Source: Candidatus Sulfomarinibacteraceae bacterium (GTDB taxonomy: Bacteria; Acidobacteriota; Thermoanaerobaculia; Thermoanaerobaculales; Sulfomarinibacteraceae). Taken from it: 64,000 nt of DNA. Below, in pieces: positions 39,204-48,788 of this stretch; position 1 is the stretch's first letter, and each line of letters opens with the position of its first letter. The stretch spans positions 128,001 through 192,000 of the forward strand of contig CAWCLO010000005.1 in assembly GCA_963796455.1 (NCBI GenBank), written 5' to 3'. The translations under genes were made by a program, and so were the position numbers. The notes beneath the pieces were generated by a model. The model was not told the DNA's origin, ran no database searches, and saw nothing but the letters and a program-made list of their open reading frames with translations.

Positions 39204-41024
39204 ATGTTCAAGTTGATGATCGAATCCGGTGGCAGCGCCGAGTTGAGCTATGAGCTCGACGCGGATGTGGTTGCTATCGGCGCAGCGAGCAGCAACGATG
39301 TTGTCGTGACGGCGCCCGGAGTGGCTCCGAATCACCTCGTCATTCGCCGTACCGGTCGCTCCTACACATTTGTCGGGCAACATCGGCAGATCGTGATCCT
39401 CAACGGTAAACGGAGATCTCGCGGAGTCCTCACCGAGGGGGACAGGATCCGTATCGGCACCGCGACCATTACAGTCACAGGCTCCGACGACCGCGAAGAA
39501 GCGACAACCGATATCGAGGTGGTGACACCCACAGCCCCTGAAACCGTCGAGATCCCGGTGATTCCGGAAGAAGAGCCCGAACGGCAACGTGCCGAGGTTG
39601 CTCTATTCAACGAGCCGGAGCGGCTGGCGAGGAGCCGCCGGAAATTGCTCGAGGTGTTCCAGACCGGAATTCAGATGGATATGGTTGCGGCCCTCGAGAG
39701 CTACCTCGATGGGGTTTTCCCCGGCCGGAAATCAATGTTGGCCTGGCTCGATCAAAAGGGCCACCTGCAGCCGATTGTCAGTAATTGGCAGGGATCCATA
39801 CCGCAGCTTCCATTGCGGACCTTTGCCGAGCTTGCTGTCGGCGACAGGGTTGCCGTCCTTCGCGGAGCCAACCGTGAGTTGATCATCTATCCGGTGCCGC
39901 TCGGAGATGAGGCCAACGTCTATCTTTTTGCCGAAATCGACGGTGGTGATCTTGACGAGGATCGGATTCTCCTTGCGGAGCTTGCGGGGATGCTTGCCCT
40001 CCAGTGGGAGAGTGTTTCCAATTCCAGCTCATTTTTCGGGCGATGGGAGGCCGATGCCAGAGATCGTCTGGAAAAGCGTCTTCCCGGAACCTCGCAGGCG
40101 GTTCAGTTGCTTCGTGACCAGATGTTGTCGGCGGCTCGCGCCTCGGCACCGGTCATGTTCTACGGCCGTTCCGGGTCGGGAAGAGCCTATCTGGCGTCGT
40201 TGATCGCCGGTCTGTGTCCGACTGGCAAACCGTGGATCCGGGTCGTTCAGGTTCGGGACGAAGAAGCAGCGCTCCGCGCCGAGCTCTTTGGCACGGGAAC
40301 CACACTGGGTGTGCGCGGGCTCGCCGAACGTGCAGGTGGGGGCGTTGTGGTCGTTCGTGATTTCCACCGCATGACGCCGCAACTGCAGCGTGAAACGGCG
40401 GCCGCCATCGAGCAGGATCTAGGCAGCGGCATCGGTCCGCAAGTCCGATGGGTATTGACGACAGACGAAGACTGCATGGATATGGTGGCGGATGGACGCC
40501 TCAATGCCCTTCTCGCCAACCTTGTTGAGGGACAGCTGATCCGGGTTCCACCGCTCGACGAGCGACGTGAAGACCTGCCGTTGGTGATCGTCAGAATGCT
40601 CGAAACCGTCGGTGTCGAACAGGGCAAGAAGATCCAAGGAATCGCGTTGGAGACCATCGACAGCCTGCTCAGTCATCCCTTTGATGGTCAGATGACCGAG
40701 CTTCTGCACGAGCTGAGGCGTCTGGTTTCTGCGACCCCGGATGGCGAGATCGTGCGCGGCTCGGTGAGTCGATCGACGATTCAGCTGGGTGGTTCGGCCG
40801 CCGATGTTGAGGACGCCGTCGATACGTCCCTGGTTCTGGGGCATGATGATCTCAAGGTAGTGATACCCGCAGTCGAGAAGTTGTTGATCGACCGTGTGCT
40901 GCGGCGCGCGCTCGGCAACCAGAGCAAGGCCGCCCGTGAACTCAATCTCTCGCGGGGCGCCCTGATCGCCAAGATCAAAGAATACGGCATCGAAGACTAC
41001 CGGGCGCTCCGCCGTAGCAAATAG
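39204..41024 (+). CDS. FHA-like + degenerate sigma54-activator AAA+ + Fis HTH regulator
   Basis: FHA-like (LNG....L..GD.IRIG), G.SGSGR, ELFG, PPL.ERREDLP, GNQSKAARELNLSR; no GAFTGA. Confidence 0.75.
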   Translation: MFKLMIESGGSAELSYELDADVVAIGAASSNDVVVTAPGVAPNHLVIRRTGRSYTFVGQHRQIVILNGKRRSRGVLTEGDRIRIGTATITVTGSDDREEATTDIEVVTPTAPETVEIPVIPEEEPERQRAEVALFNEPERLARSRRKLLEVFQTGIQMDMVAALESYLDGVFPGRKSMLAWLDQKGHLQPIVSNWQGSIPQLPLRTFAELAVGDRVAVLRGANRELIIYPVPLGDEANVYLFAEIDGGDLDEDRILLAELAGMLALQWESVSNSSSFFGRWEADARDRLEKRLPGTSQAVQLLRDQMLSAARASAPVMFYGRSGSGRAYLASLIAGLCPTGKPWIRVVQVRDEEAALRAELFGTGTTLGVRGLAERAGGGVVVVRDFHRMTPQLQRETAAAIEQDLGSGIGPQVRWVLTTDEDCMDMVADGRLNALLANLVEGQLIRVPPLDERREDLPLVIVRMLETVGVEQGKKIQGIALETIDSLLSHPFDGQMTELLHELRRLVSATPDGEIVRGSVSRSTIQLGGSAADVEDAVDTSLVLGHDDLKVVIPAVEKLLIDRVLRRALGNQSKAARELNLSRGALIAKIKEYGIEDYRALRRSK

Positions 41025-41058
41025 CTTCACCCGCAACAGTTCGTTCGAAACCACTCGT

Positions 41059-41302
41059 TTCCAAGACAGAGTCTCGGACAGCGTTCAGGGACAGCGGCAG
41101 CGAACGGGAGTCAGCGGCAACGACAGTGATCAGCGCCAGCCAACCGTAGTCAGCGATCAGCGCGCACTTCTTCTCGACCCTGGCTTTTGTGGTGCGGCCG
41201 TTCCGTTTGTTGAACGACCCGGAGGTGGCCAGGCCGTCACTGCACCTGATCGCCGCCGCTGATCGCTGTCCCTGTCGCCGGATACTGTCGCTGCCGCTGT
41301 AA
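41059..41302 (-). repeat. Composite intergenic element copy 2 (REP-like core partly deleted)
   Basis: Reverse complement shares CGATCAGCGGCGGCGATCAGGTGCAGTGACGGC.TGGCCACCTCCGGGTCGTTCAA and CGCTGTCCCTGAACGCT.TCCGAGAC with 53990-54241. Confidence 0.88.
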
Positions 41303-41417
41303 TTCGGGCACGGGCGCGGGGGGACCCGCGAACCGGAAATGCCAAAAACCAACCAGAGAGTCTCGTGCTGCCAAGTGGGCAACTTCATCGAAGATTTATT
41401 CTGGACCGCAGTGGTTC

Positions 41418-43958
41418 TTAGCCTGCCACATGCAGCGCTTCGAGCGCCGCACGCAGTTCAGCCGCGCTGGCGAAACGGTTGCCAGGCTCCTTTTCGAGGC
41501 AGCGCAAGATGATCCTCCCGAGCTCCGGATCGAGATCCGGAACCAGGTCGAGCGGATCGGGGGGCTGGGCCTTGAGGTGAGAATCGATGACGTTGCCCTT
41601 GTGGAACGGCGGACGTCCCGTAGCGAGGTGAAATGCGGTGGCTCCGAAGGCGTAGATATCGGTGGCCGGGGTCGGTGGGAGACCGCGAATCTGTTCCGGA
41701 GCCATATAAAAGGGGGTGCCGCTGATCGAGGCCCGTTCGCCATCCTCATGGTCGAGCCGGGCAGCGATCCCGAAGTCGAGAATCTTCACATCGAGTTCGG
41801 GTGTCAGAAGAATATTCCCCGGTTTGAGATCGCGGTGGATGACGTGATGGCTGTGGGCGTATGTAACGGCCGCGGCGACCCTGGACAACAGGGGCGCGAG
41901 AATCGAGCGGATTCGGGTTGGGTCCTTTTTGAGCAGGACATCCAGGGCCTCGCCGGGGACGTATTCCATCGCGATGAAATAACCATCAAAACCGACTTCG
42001 AAGTCATGGATCGTGACGATCCCCGGGTGATTAAGGGTTGCGGCCGCTTTTGCCTCCTGGCTGAGACGGGCCGCCTCGGTCGAGGAGGTCGTTCGCAGAA
42101 CCTTGATCGCAACATCCCGTTCGAGGCGGGTATCGCGGGCTTTGTAGACGACCCCCATGCCGCCGCGGCCGAGCTTGGTCAGAATTTCGTAGCGGTGTTG
42201 TGCGGTCGGCGTGTCCCCTGCTGTTGCCGGCCGGCTTCGAGTTCCGGCCACTGCGGCGTCCCGGGCCTCGGAGATCTCGGATCGCAGTTTTCGTGCCGGT
42301 TCGAAGGAGTAGTCGAAGGCGAGGATCCTCTCGAGTTGGACATTCGCCTGTTCATGTTCGCCGGCGAGATATAGCTCCCTTGCCAGGGCGACGGCGGGGT
42401 CTAGCCGCCCCGGTTGCAGGGCGACACCGATGACTGCCCTTTGCAAACAGGAAATGGCGACTTCGGTGGAGCGGTGCTCGCGCGCCCATTCGGCCATGTC
42501 GAGAACCACACGAGGAATATCGGGAATCGGCCCGGGGTGGTTTTGCAGCACATCGCAGGCTTCGGCCAGGAGCCCGGCACGGTGGAGCTCTGATAGAGCA
42601 TCCTGCAGATAACCAAGCCTCGCCATACAATGGGCGGTTCCGTCGGCGATCCCGAGACCACGATAGAGCTGAAGCGCCCGTTCGTCCTCCCCGGCGAGCT
42701 CCGCGCATCGAGCGGCGGCCTCGATACTTCCGGCGAGCTCGTAGATGTCACTCGCCTCACCCCACCGGCTCAATCGTTCGAGGATCGGTGCGGCGAGATG
42801 CCACAATTGGGCGTTGATCGCCAGATCGGCGGCCTCCGCCTCCTCGTTCTGCTCGAGAAGCTTTGCGATCGATTCCTCGGCTCTTCCGGAGGCACCGATG
42901 ACCTCCACCATCTCGCGACGCATGCCGAGGTCGGAGAGGACCGGAATCAACGCTTCCTCTTCGCGCTCGATCTGTTGGCTCAGTTCCACCACCTCGGCTC
43001 GTCCCGCCTCGCCGCGGGCCTGGGCCATCTCCAGGCGATCGCGCGATCGTTTGAGCTGTTGCAGGCGGATCGTTGCTGCCTCGTGTGGATGGCCTGCTGC
43101 CGATTCGGCGACAGCCGCGTCATGCATGTGGCCCGCCTTGCGGAAAATGTCGGCCGCGTGGGCGTGGTCTCCCGCCGATCTCCAGGCGTGGGCCGCGGCG
43201 TGCCAGTTGCCTTCGATCTCGTGCAGCCGTGCCAGTGCCCGATGGTCGCCGATGGTCTCGACGGCTCGGCGAGCCGCCGGCAGGGACGGGTGTGATGAAC
43301 TGAAGCGTCCCTCTTCAAGAGCGACCCTCGCTGCACCGGCGGCCCGCTTTGGCTCGCCGGCGCGCATCCAGGCTTCGACCGCCTCTTCGTAGCGACCCCG
43401 GCTCGAGAGCCACTCGGCCAGATCCCTGTCACACTTCTGGGCGCCGCCGATGTCACCGGATCGCCGGTGGAGACGCGCCGCTTCAGCCAGGTGATGGCCA
43501 CCGGCCCGCCGGAGGAGTTCCGCCGCCTCGTGATCGCGGCCGAGATCGACGGCGATCCGCGCGGCGTCGCTCCAGGCTCGGGCTTTCTTGTAGAGGGAGA
43601 GCGCGTTCTTGAGTTTGCCCTCGCGGGCCTGCATCTGGGCCGCACCGAGAAAATCGCCCCGGTTGACCAGAGTTCGGACCAGGCGTTGTTGCGGGCTCCC
43701 GCTGAGGAGAAGTTGCCACAGGCCACCGGCGATGAGCAGGCCAGCGGCCGCGTTGGCGATCACCAGCACGGTCGGATCGGTCAGGAGTTGGGGAATCAAA
43801 GCCTCGACCGAATCGGAGGGCACCAGGGTCTTTGCCAGCCATGGAAGATTGAAGACCGCGGCGAGGGTAAAACCGATAAACAACAGAATCACCGACCGTC
43901 GTGTGCTCGACGGGACTGCGGCGATCAGCAGCAGGGGCAGAACCGGTTCCAAACTCAT
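41418..43958 (-). CDS. Membrane-anchored Ser/Thr protein kinase with alpha-solenoid/TPR-like repeats
   Basis: N-terminal TMs; LGRGGMGVVY, VAIK, HRDLKPGN, DFG, GTPFYMAPE all intact. Confidence 0.9.
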   Translation of the reverse strand: MSLEPVLPLLLIAAVPSSTRRSVILLFIGFTLAAVFNLPWLAKTLVPSDSVEALIPQLLTDPTVLVIANAAAGLLIAGGLWQLLLSGSPQQRLVRTLVNRGDFLGAAQMQAREGKLKNALSLYKKARAWSDAARIAVDLGRDHEAAELLRRAGGHHLAEAARLHRRSGDIGGAQKCDRDLAEWLSSRGRYEEAVEAWMRAGEPKRAAGAARVALEEGRFSSSHPSLPAARRAVETIGDHRALARLHEIEGNWHAAAHAWRSAGDHAHAADIFRKAGHMHDAAVAESAAGHPHEAATIRLQQLKRSRDRLEMAQARGEAGRAEVVELSQQIEREEEALIPVLSDLGMRREMVEVIGASGRAEESIAKLLEQNEEAEAADLAINAQLWHLAAPILERLSRWGEASDIYELAGSIEAAARCAELAGEDERALQLYRGLGIADGTAHCMARLGYLQDALSELHRAGLLAEACDVLQNHPGPIPDIPRVVLDMAEWAREHRSTEVAISCLQRAVIGVALQPGRLDPAVALARELYLAGEHEQANVQLERILAFDYSFEPARKLRSEISEARDAAVAGTRSRPATAGDTPTAQHRYEILTKLGRGGMGVVYKARDTRLERDVAIKVLRTTSSTEAARLSQEAKAAATLNHPGIVTIHDFEVGFDGYFIAMEYVPGEALDVLLKKDPTRIRSILAPLLSRVAAAVTYAHSHHVIHRDLKPGNILLTPELDVKILDFGIAARLDHEDGERASISGTPFYMAPEQIRGLPPTPATDIYAFGATAFHLATGRPPFHKGNVIDSHLKAQPPDPLDLVPDLDPELGRIILRCLEKEPGNRFASAAELRAALEALHVAG

Positions 43959-44141
43959 TTCAGCATTTTATCTTGCCTTGCGCCCAAGCTGACATCGGGT
44001 CAGCTGGGATCCGCTTTCAAACAGGCGGTTGAAATATTATGTAAACTCGCTCATATTTCTGTTTGTCCATCGAATCGTGAGGCGGTCTTGAGCGACAAGC
44101 GCCGATCGTGATTGGACACCGCGAGATGCCTGGGAGGTATT

Positions 44142-45170
44142 GTGCCGTCAGATTTCTACACAACCCTTGGGGTTGAACGCAGCGCTTCGAAGGCCGAGAT
44201 CAAAAAGGCCTATCGGAAGCTGGCGCGTAAGTTTCACCCCGATGTGAATCCCGAGAATCCGGAAGCCGAGAAGAGATTCAAAGAGATTCAGGAAGCTTAC
44301 TCAGTGCTCTCCGACGAGAAGAAGCGCAAGCAGTACGATACTTTCGGTCATGTCGAGGGCGGTCCCGACGGTGGATTCGATCCATTTCGCCAGACAAGTT
44401 CCTCTTGGCGGGATGCCGGAGGATATCGATTCGATTTCGGAGATGCCGAGGGTCGCGGAGGTGGGGCTCCGGATCTCGGGGACCTCTTCAGTCAGTTTTT
44501 TGGTGGCCGGCAAGGTGCCCAGGCGCAGCCTCGTCCGCGCCGCGGAAGTGATCACGAGGTCGAGTTCGAGATCGCCTTCAAGGATGCGATCAATGGCACC
44601 AGCGTGACGATTCCGGTCCAGCGTCAGGTTTTCTGTTCCGAGTGCGGCGGCAGCGGAAACAGCAGTGGCCGTGTTTGCCCCAGTTGCCACGGTTCGGGCG
44701 TTTTGATCTCGACCGAACGGCTGCGGGTAAAAATCCCTGAAGGGATTGCAGACGGAAAACAGGTTCGCGTGCTTGGCAAGGGGGCCGAGGGACGTGATGG
44801 CGGTCAGCCGGGGAATCTCTATGTCCGGGTACGTGTGCGACCGGACAGCTTCTTCAAACGAGAAGGCGACAATATTTTGACCGCGATTCCGGTGACCTTT
44901 ACCGAGGCCTATCGCGGCAGTGAAATCGAAGTCGGGACGATTCATGGACCGGTTCGCGCCAAGGTTCCGGCCGGCACCAACTCGGGTCGGACCTTCCGCC
45001 TCCGAGGCAAGGGTGCCCGCAATACCAAGACCCGGGCCTACGGTGACCATCTCTACACGGTGCAGATCGTGGTTCCGAAGGTCATGTCGCCGGCCGGGGA
45101 GGAAACCGCCCGCCACGTCGCCGATCTCTACCAGTCGGATCCGCGGGAGGACCTGCCCACAGGGCTCTGA
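44142..45170 (+). CDS. dnaJ: DnaJ-family chaperone with shortened zinc-finger
   Basis: J-domain HPD, G/F region, two CxxCxGxG, C-terminal domain; GTG start after GGAGG. Confidence 0.85.
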   Translation: MPSDFYTTLGVERSASKAEIKKAYRKLARKFHPDVNPENPEAEKRFKEIQEAYSVLSDEKKRKQYDTFGHVEGGPDGGFDPFRQTSSSWRDAGGYRFDFGDAEGRGGGAPDLGDLFSQFFGGRQGAQAQPRPRRGSDHEVEFEIAFKDAINGTSVTIPVQRQVFCSECGGSGNSSGRVCPSCHGSGVLISTERLRVKIPEGIADGKQVRVLGKGAEGRDGGQPGNLYVRVRVRPDSFFKREGDNILTAIPVTFTEAYRGSEIEVGTIHGPVRAKVPAGTNSGRTFRLRGKGARNTKTRAYGDHLYTVQIVVPKVMSPAGEETARHVADLYQSDPREDLPTGL

Positions 45171-45282
45171 GTTCGGAATTCGGAATTCGGAGTTTTCCAC
45201 CTGAAAATAACGCCAACGGTTTTGGCGGAAGAGCTCACTCCGAATTCCGAACTCCGAACTCCGAACTCCGAACTCCGAACTC
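45169..45282. repeat. Inverted heptamer arrays GA(A/G)TTCG x3-4 / CGAA(C/T)TC x6 between convergent dnaJ and def
   Basis: Left arm starts in the dnaJ TGA; right arm 45237-45282. Confidence 0.9.
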
Positions 45283-45288
45283 GGCAGC

Positions 45289-45813
45289 CTACGCAGTAGG
45301 TTGCCAGACGCCGAGCTTGCGCATCTTGGCGACCCGGCGAAGGAAGAGGCGCCGTTTCAAACCGCGCAGGTGGTGGATGAGCAGGACGCCATCGAGATGA
45401 TCCATCTCGTGGCAGACAGCCTGGGCGAAAAGACCCTCGGCCTCAAACTCTCTCCAGGCGCCGTTCTGATCCTGTGCGCGCACCCGAAGCGAGGTCGGTC
45501 GATCGATGCTTGTAAAGAGCCCGGGGAAAGAAAGACAACCCTCTTCGAGGCTCGATCGTCCCTGGCTGTGGACGATCTCCGGATTGGCAAGGACGATCTG
45601 TGAATCGGGGTCCTTCCCGACCGAGAGATCGATGGTGGCAAGCTTGAAATTGACACCGATCTGGGGGGCCGCGAGCCCGAGGCCGGGAGCCTTCCACCCG
45701 GTTTCGAAGAGGTCGTCGATCAGCGATTGCAGATCCGCTCCAAAGTCCTCGACCGTTTGATTCGCGTTTTCGAGGCGGGGATCGCCGTAAACGAGGATCG
45801 GCCGGACCGTCAT
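45289..45813 (-). CDS. def: Peptide deformylase
   Basis: GLGLAAPQIG, EEGCLS, HEMDHLDG. Confidence 0.96.
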   Translation of the reverse strand: MTVRPILVYGDPRLENANQTVEDFGADLQSLIDDLFETGWKAPGLGLAAPQIGVNFKLATIDLSVGKDPDSQIVLANPEIVHSQGRSSLEEGCLSFPGLFTSIDRPTSLRVRAQDQNGAWREFEAEGLFAQAVCHEMDHLDGVLLIHHLRGLKRRLFLRRVAKMRKLGVWQPTA

Positions 45814-46709
45814 GCTTCGGTATCAGCCTCGTTGTCCGAATTGCCGAACTTGATCACCATTCTCTTGACCTGGGCCCCGTGTCCACGAATGCGGCCGATG
45901 ACCGCTTCCACCGTGTCTTCTGCCCGCCGGTTGCAGAATTTTTCGAGCACGTCACGAACTTCTGGGTGGCCCTCGGCGATGCGGTCGACATCGGCGCGAT
46001 CGAGTTCGATGGCTGTGACCTCGGTTCGCGCGGTGATGGTCGCGGTCCGGGGTTTGCCGGAGACGAGAGAGACCTCACCAAAAAAATCTCCGGGACCGAG
46101 TTCGGCAAGAGGAAGGTTTCCACCATCGGTTCCGCGGGTGAAAACCTTGACGGTGCCGCCCACGATCAGAAACAAACTCGAGCCGTGTTCTCCTTCGGTG
46201 ACGATGATGTCGCCCTCGTCGTAGGACCGCAGCTCGGTGGAGGCGATGATTTCGATCAGGGTCTCCCTCTCGAAGGACGAAAAGAGGGTCGAGGCCTGGA
46301 TCTCCTTGAGTTCCTGATCGACGGCAACCGCCTCTTCTTCGATGGAAGCCTTGATCTGCCGTTGTTTCTGATCGGCCTCCCGGCTCTGCTGATCCTCTTC
46401 GATCAACCGCGCCAGATCCGAGTGAATGTCCTGCTCGGGGTCGAGGCGGAGGATTTTTTTGTAGATGGCGATGGCCCGCGCGTAGAAACCATCACGGGCC
46501 TGTTGTTCCGCGATGTCACGATAGATGAAAATGGCCTTGGCCCGGTCGCCTTTGAGATCGATGATATCCGCCTGGCGGAGCCGTAGATTGAGTTGTTTGG
46601 GGTTTTTCCACAGCTCCTTTTTGATGGCTTCGAGTGCACTGTCGTAATCCTTGGCGGCCAGGTACTGATCCAGTTTGTCGATTCCGACGCCCGAGGGGCC
46701 GATTTTCAT
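45810..46709 (-). CDS. TPR + cyclic-nucleotide-binding domain protein
   Basis: AIAIYKKIL TPR-like N-terminus; EGE.G.SLF.I..G.V, GDFFGEVS....PRTAT. Confidence 0.85.
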   Translation of the reverse strand: MKIGPSGVGIDKLDQYLAAKDYDSALEAIKKELWKNPKQLNLRLRQADIIDLKGDRAKAIFIYRDIAEQQARDGFYARAIAIYKKILRLDPEQDIHSDLARLIEEDQQSREADQKQRQIKASIEEEAVAVDQELKEIQASTLFSSFERETLIEIIASTELRSYDEGDIIVTEGEHGSSLFLIVGGTVKVFTRGTDGGNLPLAELGPGDFFGEVSLVSGKPRTATITARTEVTAIELDRADVDRIAEGHPEVRDVLEKFCNRRAEDTVEAVIGRIRGHGAQVKRMVIKFGNSDNEADTEA

Positions 46710-48049
46710 GACATCTCCTCCATCCTGCTCCGGGTCGCCGTCCAGGCTTCACCGACCCTTTCCCTCAATTGCACTGTATCGGTCGTGACGAGTTCATGGT
46801 CGACGACCACCGACGTTCCGTCAACCAGGACATGCCGGACCGCCGCGGCCGAGCTCCCATGGACGATCCGGGATGCCGGGTCGCCACCGGGAAGAGCGGA
46901 CCACTCTTCGAGATCAACGATGACGATATCGGCCGCCTTTCCCACTTCCAGGGTGCCGATCTCGTTCGCCAGGTGCAGTGCGGCCGCGCCATCCCGGGTG
47001 GCCATGGCAAGAACCTGCCAGGCATCGACGGCGGTGGGCCCGTGGCGCAGGCCGTGGATCGTCGCCGCGAGGCTCATCTCGTGAAATATGGATAGCCGAT
47101 TGTTGCACGGAGGGCCGTCGGCCCCGAGTGCGACCCGCACAGAGTGCTCGAGCAGCTTTGGGACATCGGCGATGCCCGAAGCCAGCTTCAGATTGGCGCC
47201 AGGGCAATGGCAGATCGTCGTGCCCGTTGCGTACAAGCGCGCGATCTCTTGATCGTCGAGGTGCACGCCGTGGGCCAGGATGACGTCCGGCCCGGTCAGG
47301 CCGTGTCGATCCAGAAAATCGATATTGCTGAGACCGCTCAGCCGCCGTACCTCCGCCACTTCCGCGAGGTTTTCCGAGGCATGGGTCTGCAGCAGCCAGC
47401 CGTGGCGGCGGGCCAACCGCGCCGTGCCGCGGAGAAGATCCTCAGAACAGGACAGTGCGAATCGCGGCGCCACCGCATAGAGCAGCCGTCCGTCGCACGC
47501 ACCGTTCCAGCGCTTGCCGAGTTCCTCAGCATCGATGATGGAGCGATCCGGGTCTTCCAGAAGTGCCGAGGGCGTCGACTCTCCGATGTCCATGTGGGTC
47601 TTGCCCGAGACAAAGCGGATTCCGAGCCTTGCAGCGGCCTCGAAAACCCGTCCATGATCGTGGGTGGTGCCGAAGTCCAGGGCCGTGGTGGTGCCGCCGC
47701 ACAACAGTTCCGCAATTCCGAGTTCGGCCGCTGCTTCGACGCCGTCGCCGTCGAGGGCAGCCTCGTAGGGCCAGGTCTTCCGTTGCAGCCAGTCGAGCAG
47801 TTCGAGTCCGTCGGCCTGATGTCTGAGCAGAGATTGTACGACGTGAACATGGGCCTGAACAAAGCCTGGTAAGACGGCAGCACCGCCGGCGTCGATCACC
47901 CGATCCGGGGTGCAGTGGATCGTCGATGAAGGGCCCATCTCAGCGATGCGGCCATCGCGAACCAGCAGATCGCCTGTCTGCCATTCCCGGTCCCGTACCA
48001 TGGGGACGAGGGTCCCCCCATGAATCAAGATCTCGTTATTCACGATCAC
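46706..48049 (-). CDS. Metal-dependent amidohydrolase (5'-deoxyadenosine/MTA-SAH deaminase-like)
   Basis: PGFV.AHVH, APRFALSC, HASEN, AHGV, HCP..N.KLASG, LGADG.PCNN; start approximate. Confidence 0.82.
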   Translation of the reverse strand: MIVNNEILIHGGTLVPMVRDREWQTGDLLVRDGRIAEMGPSSTIHCTPDRVIDAGGAAVLPGFVQAHVHVVQSLLRHQADGLELLDWLQRKTWPYEAALDGDGVEAAAELGIAELLCGGTTTALDFGTTHDHGRVFEAAARLGIRFVSGKTHMDIGESTPSALLEDPDRSIIDAEELGKRWNGACDGRLLYAVAPRFALSCSEDLLRGTARLARRHGWLLQTHASENLAEVAEVRRLSGLSNIDFLDRHGLTGPDVILAHGVHLDDQEIARLYATGTTICHCPGANLKLASGIADVPKLLEHSVRVALGADGPPCNNRLSIFHEMSLAATIHGLRHGPTAVDAWQVLAMATRDGAAALHLANEIGTLEVGKAADIVIVDLEEWSALPGGDPASRIVHGSSAAAVRHVLVDGTSVVVDHELVTTDTVQLRERVGEAWTATRSRMEEMS

Positions 48050-48788
48050 CCGCCGGGCTGACCGCCTCATCGTCTTGCCGTGTATCGAATTGTTGTTGCG
48101 CTTTCAGGATCTTTTTGACGGCCGTGTCGACATCATCGACCAGCGACGGCAGCAGGAGGTCCTCGGCACTGACATAACCATTTCCAAGGGCCTGTTGGGT
48201 CAACCAATCGTGGAGGCCGCGCCAATGGCTGCCATAGAGCAGAAAGGGTGTCGGAGGCATGTGTTTGGCCTGCAGCAGTTGCCAGACCATGATGGCTTCA
48301 AGGGTCGAGCCGATCCCTCCCGGCAGAACCACAAAGGCCGAAGAAAGACGAACAAAGTGATGCAGGCGGGAGAAAAAGGTGCGGTGACGATAGACCCGTT
48401 CAACAAATGGTTCGCTGCCACCATCGGTCACGGTTCGGACCGGCAGATCGCCGCCGGCGGGGTGTTTCAGGTTTCCGCTGGAAGCACCCTGGTCGACTGC
48501 CTGCATCAAGCCACCACCGCCACCGGTAACGATCTCACAGCCGGCTTCGGCCAGTCGGCGGCCGAGTTCCCGGGCCTGGGTGAACAAGGGGTCGGACTCC
48601 TCGATCCGAGCCGAACCGAAGACCGAGACCCGAAAGCGTTCGAGGTTTCGCGGCTGCAGCCGCTCCAGGGTTTCGATGGTTTCCCAGAGTTGGGCGACGG
48701 AACCGTCGATGACCTCGACAAGGTTTGCCGCCACATCTTCGATGTCTCCATGTGGCTTTTGCTCGAGTTCGTCGAGGCGATCATTCAT
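48036..48788 (-). CDS. LOG family protein (nucleotide monophosphate phosphoribohydrolase-like)
   Basis: VSVFGSAR, VTGGG.GLM.A...GA, FF.R, PGG.G...E. Confidence 0.85.
   Translation of the reverse strand: MNDRLDELEQKPHGDIEDVAANLVEVIDGSVAQLWETIETLERLQPRNLERFRVSVFGSARIEESDPLFTQARELGRRLAEAGCEIVTGGGGGLMQAVDQGASSGNLKHPAGGDLPVRTVTDGGSEPFVERVYRHRTFFSRLHHFVRLSSAFVVLPGGIGSTLEAIMVWQLLQAKHMPPTPFLLYGSHWRGLHDWLTQQALGNGYVSAEDLLLPSLVDDVDTAVKKILKAQQQFDTRQDDEAVSPAGDRE

Noticed and set aside
44086..44110. HspR HAIR or CIRCE operator upstream of dnaJ
   Set aside because: Only one half-site (CTTGAGC); no matching inverted half and no CIRCE.
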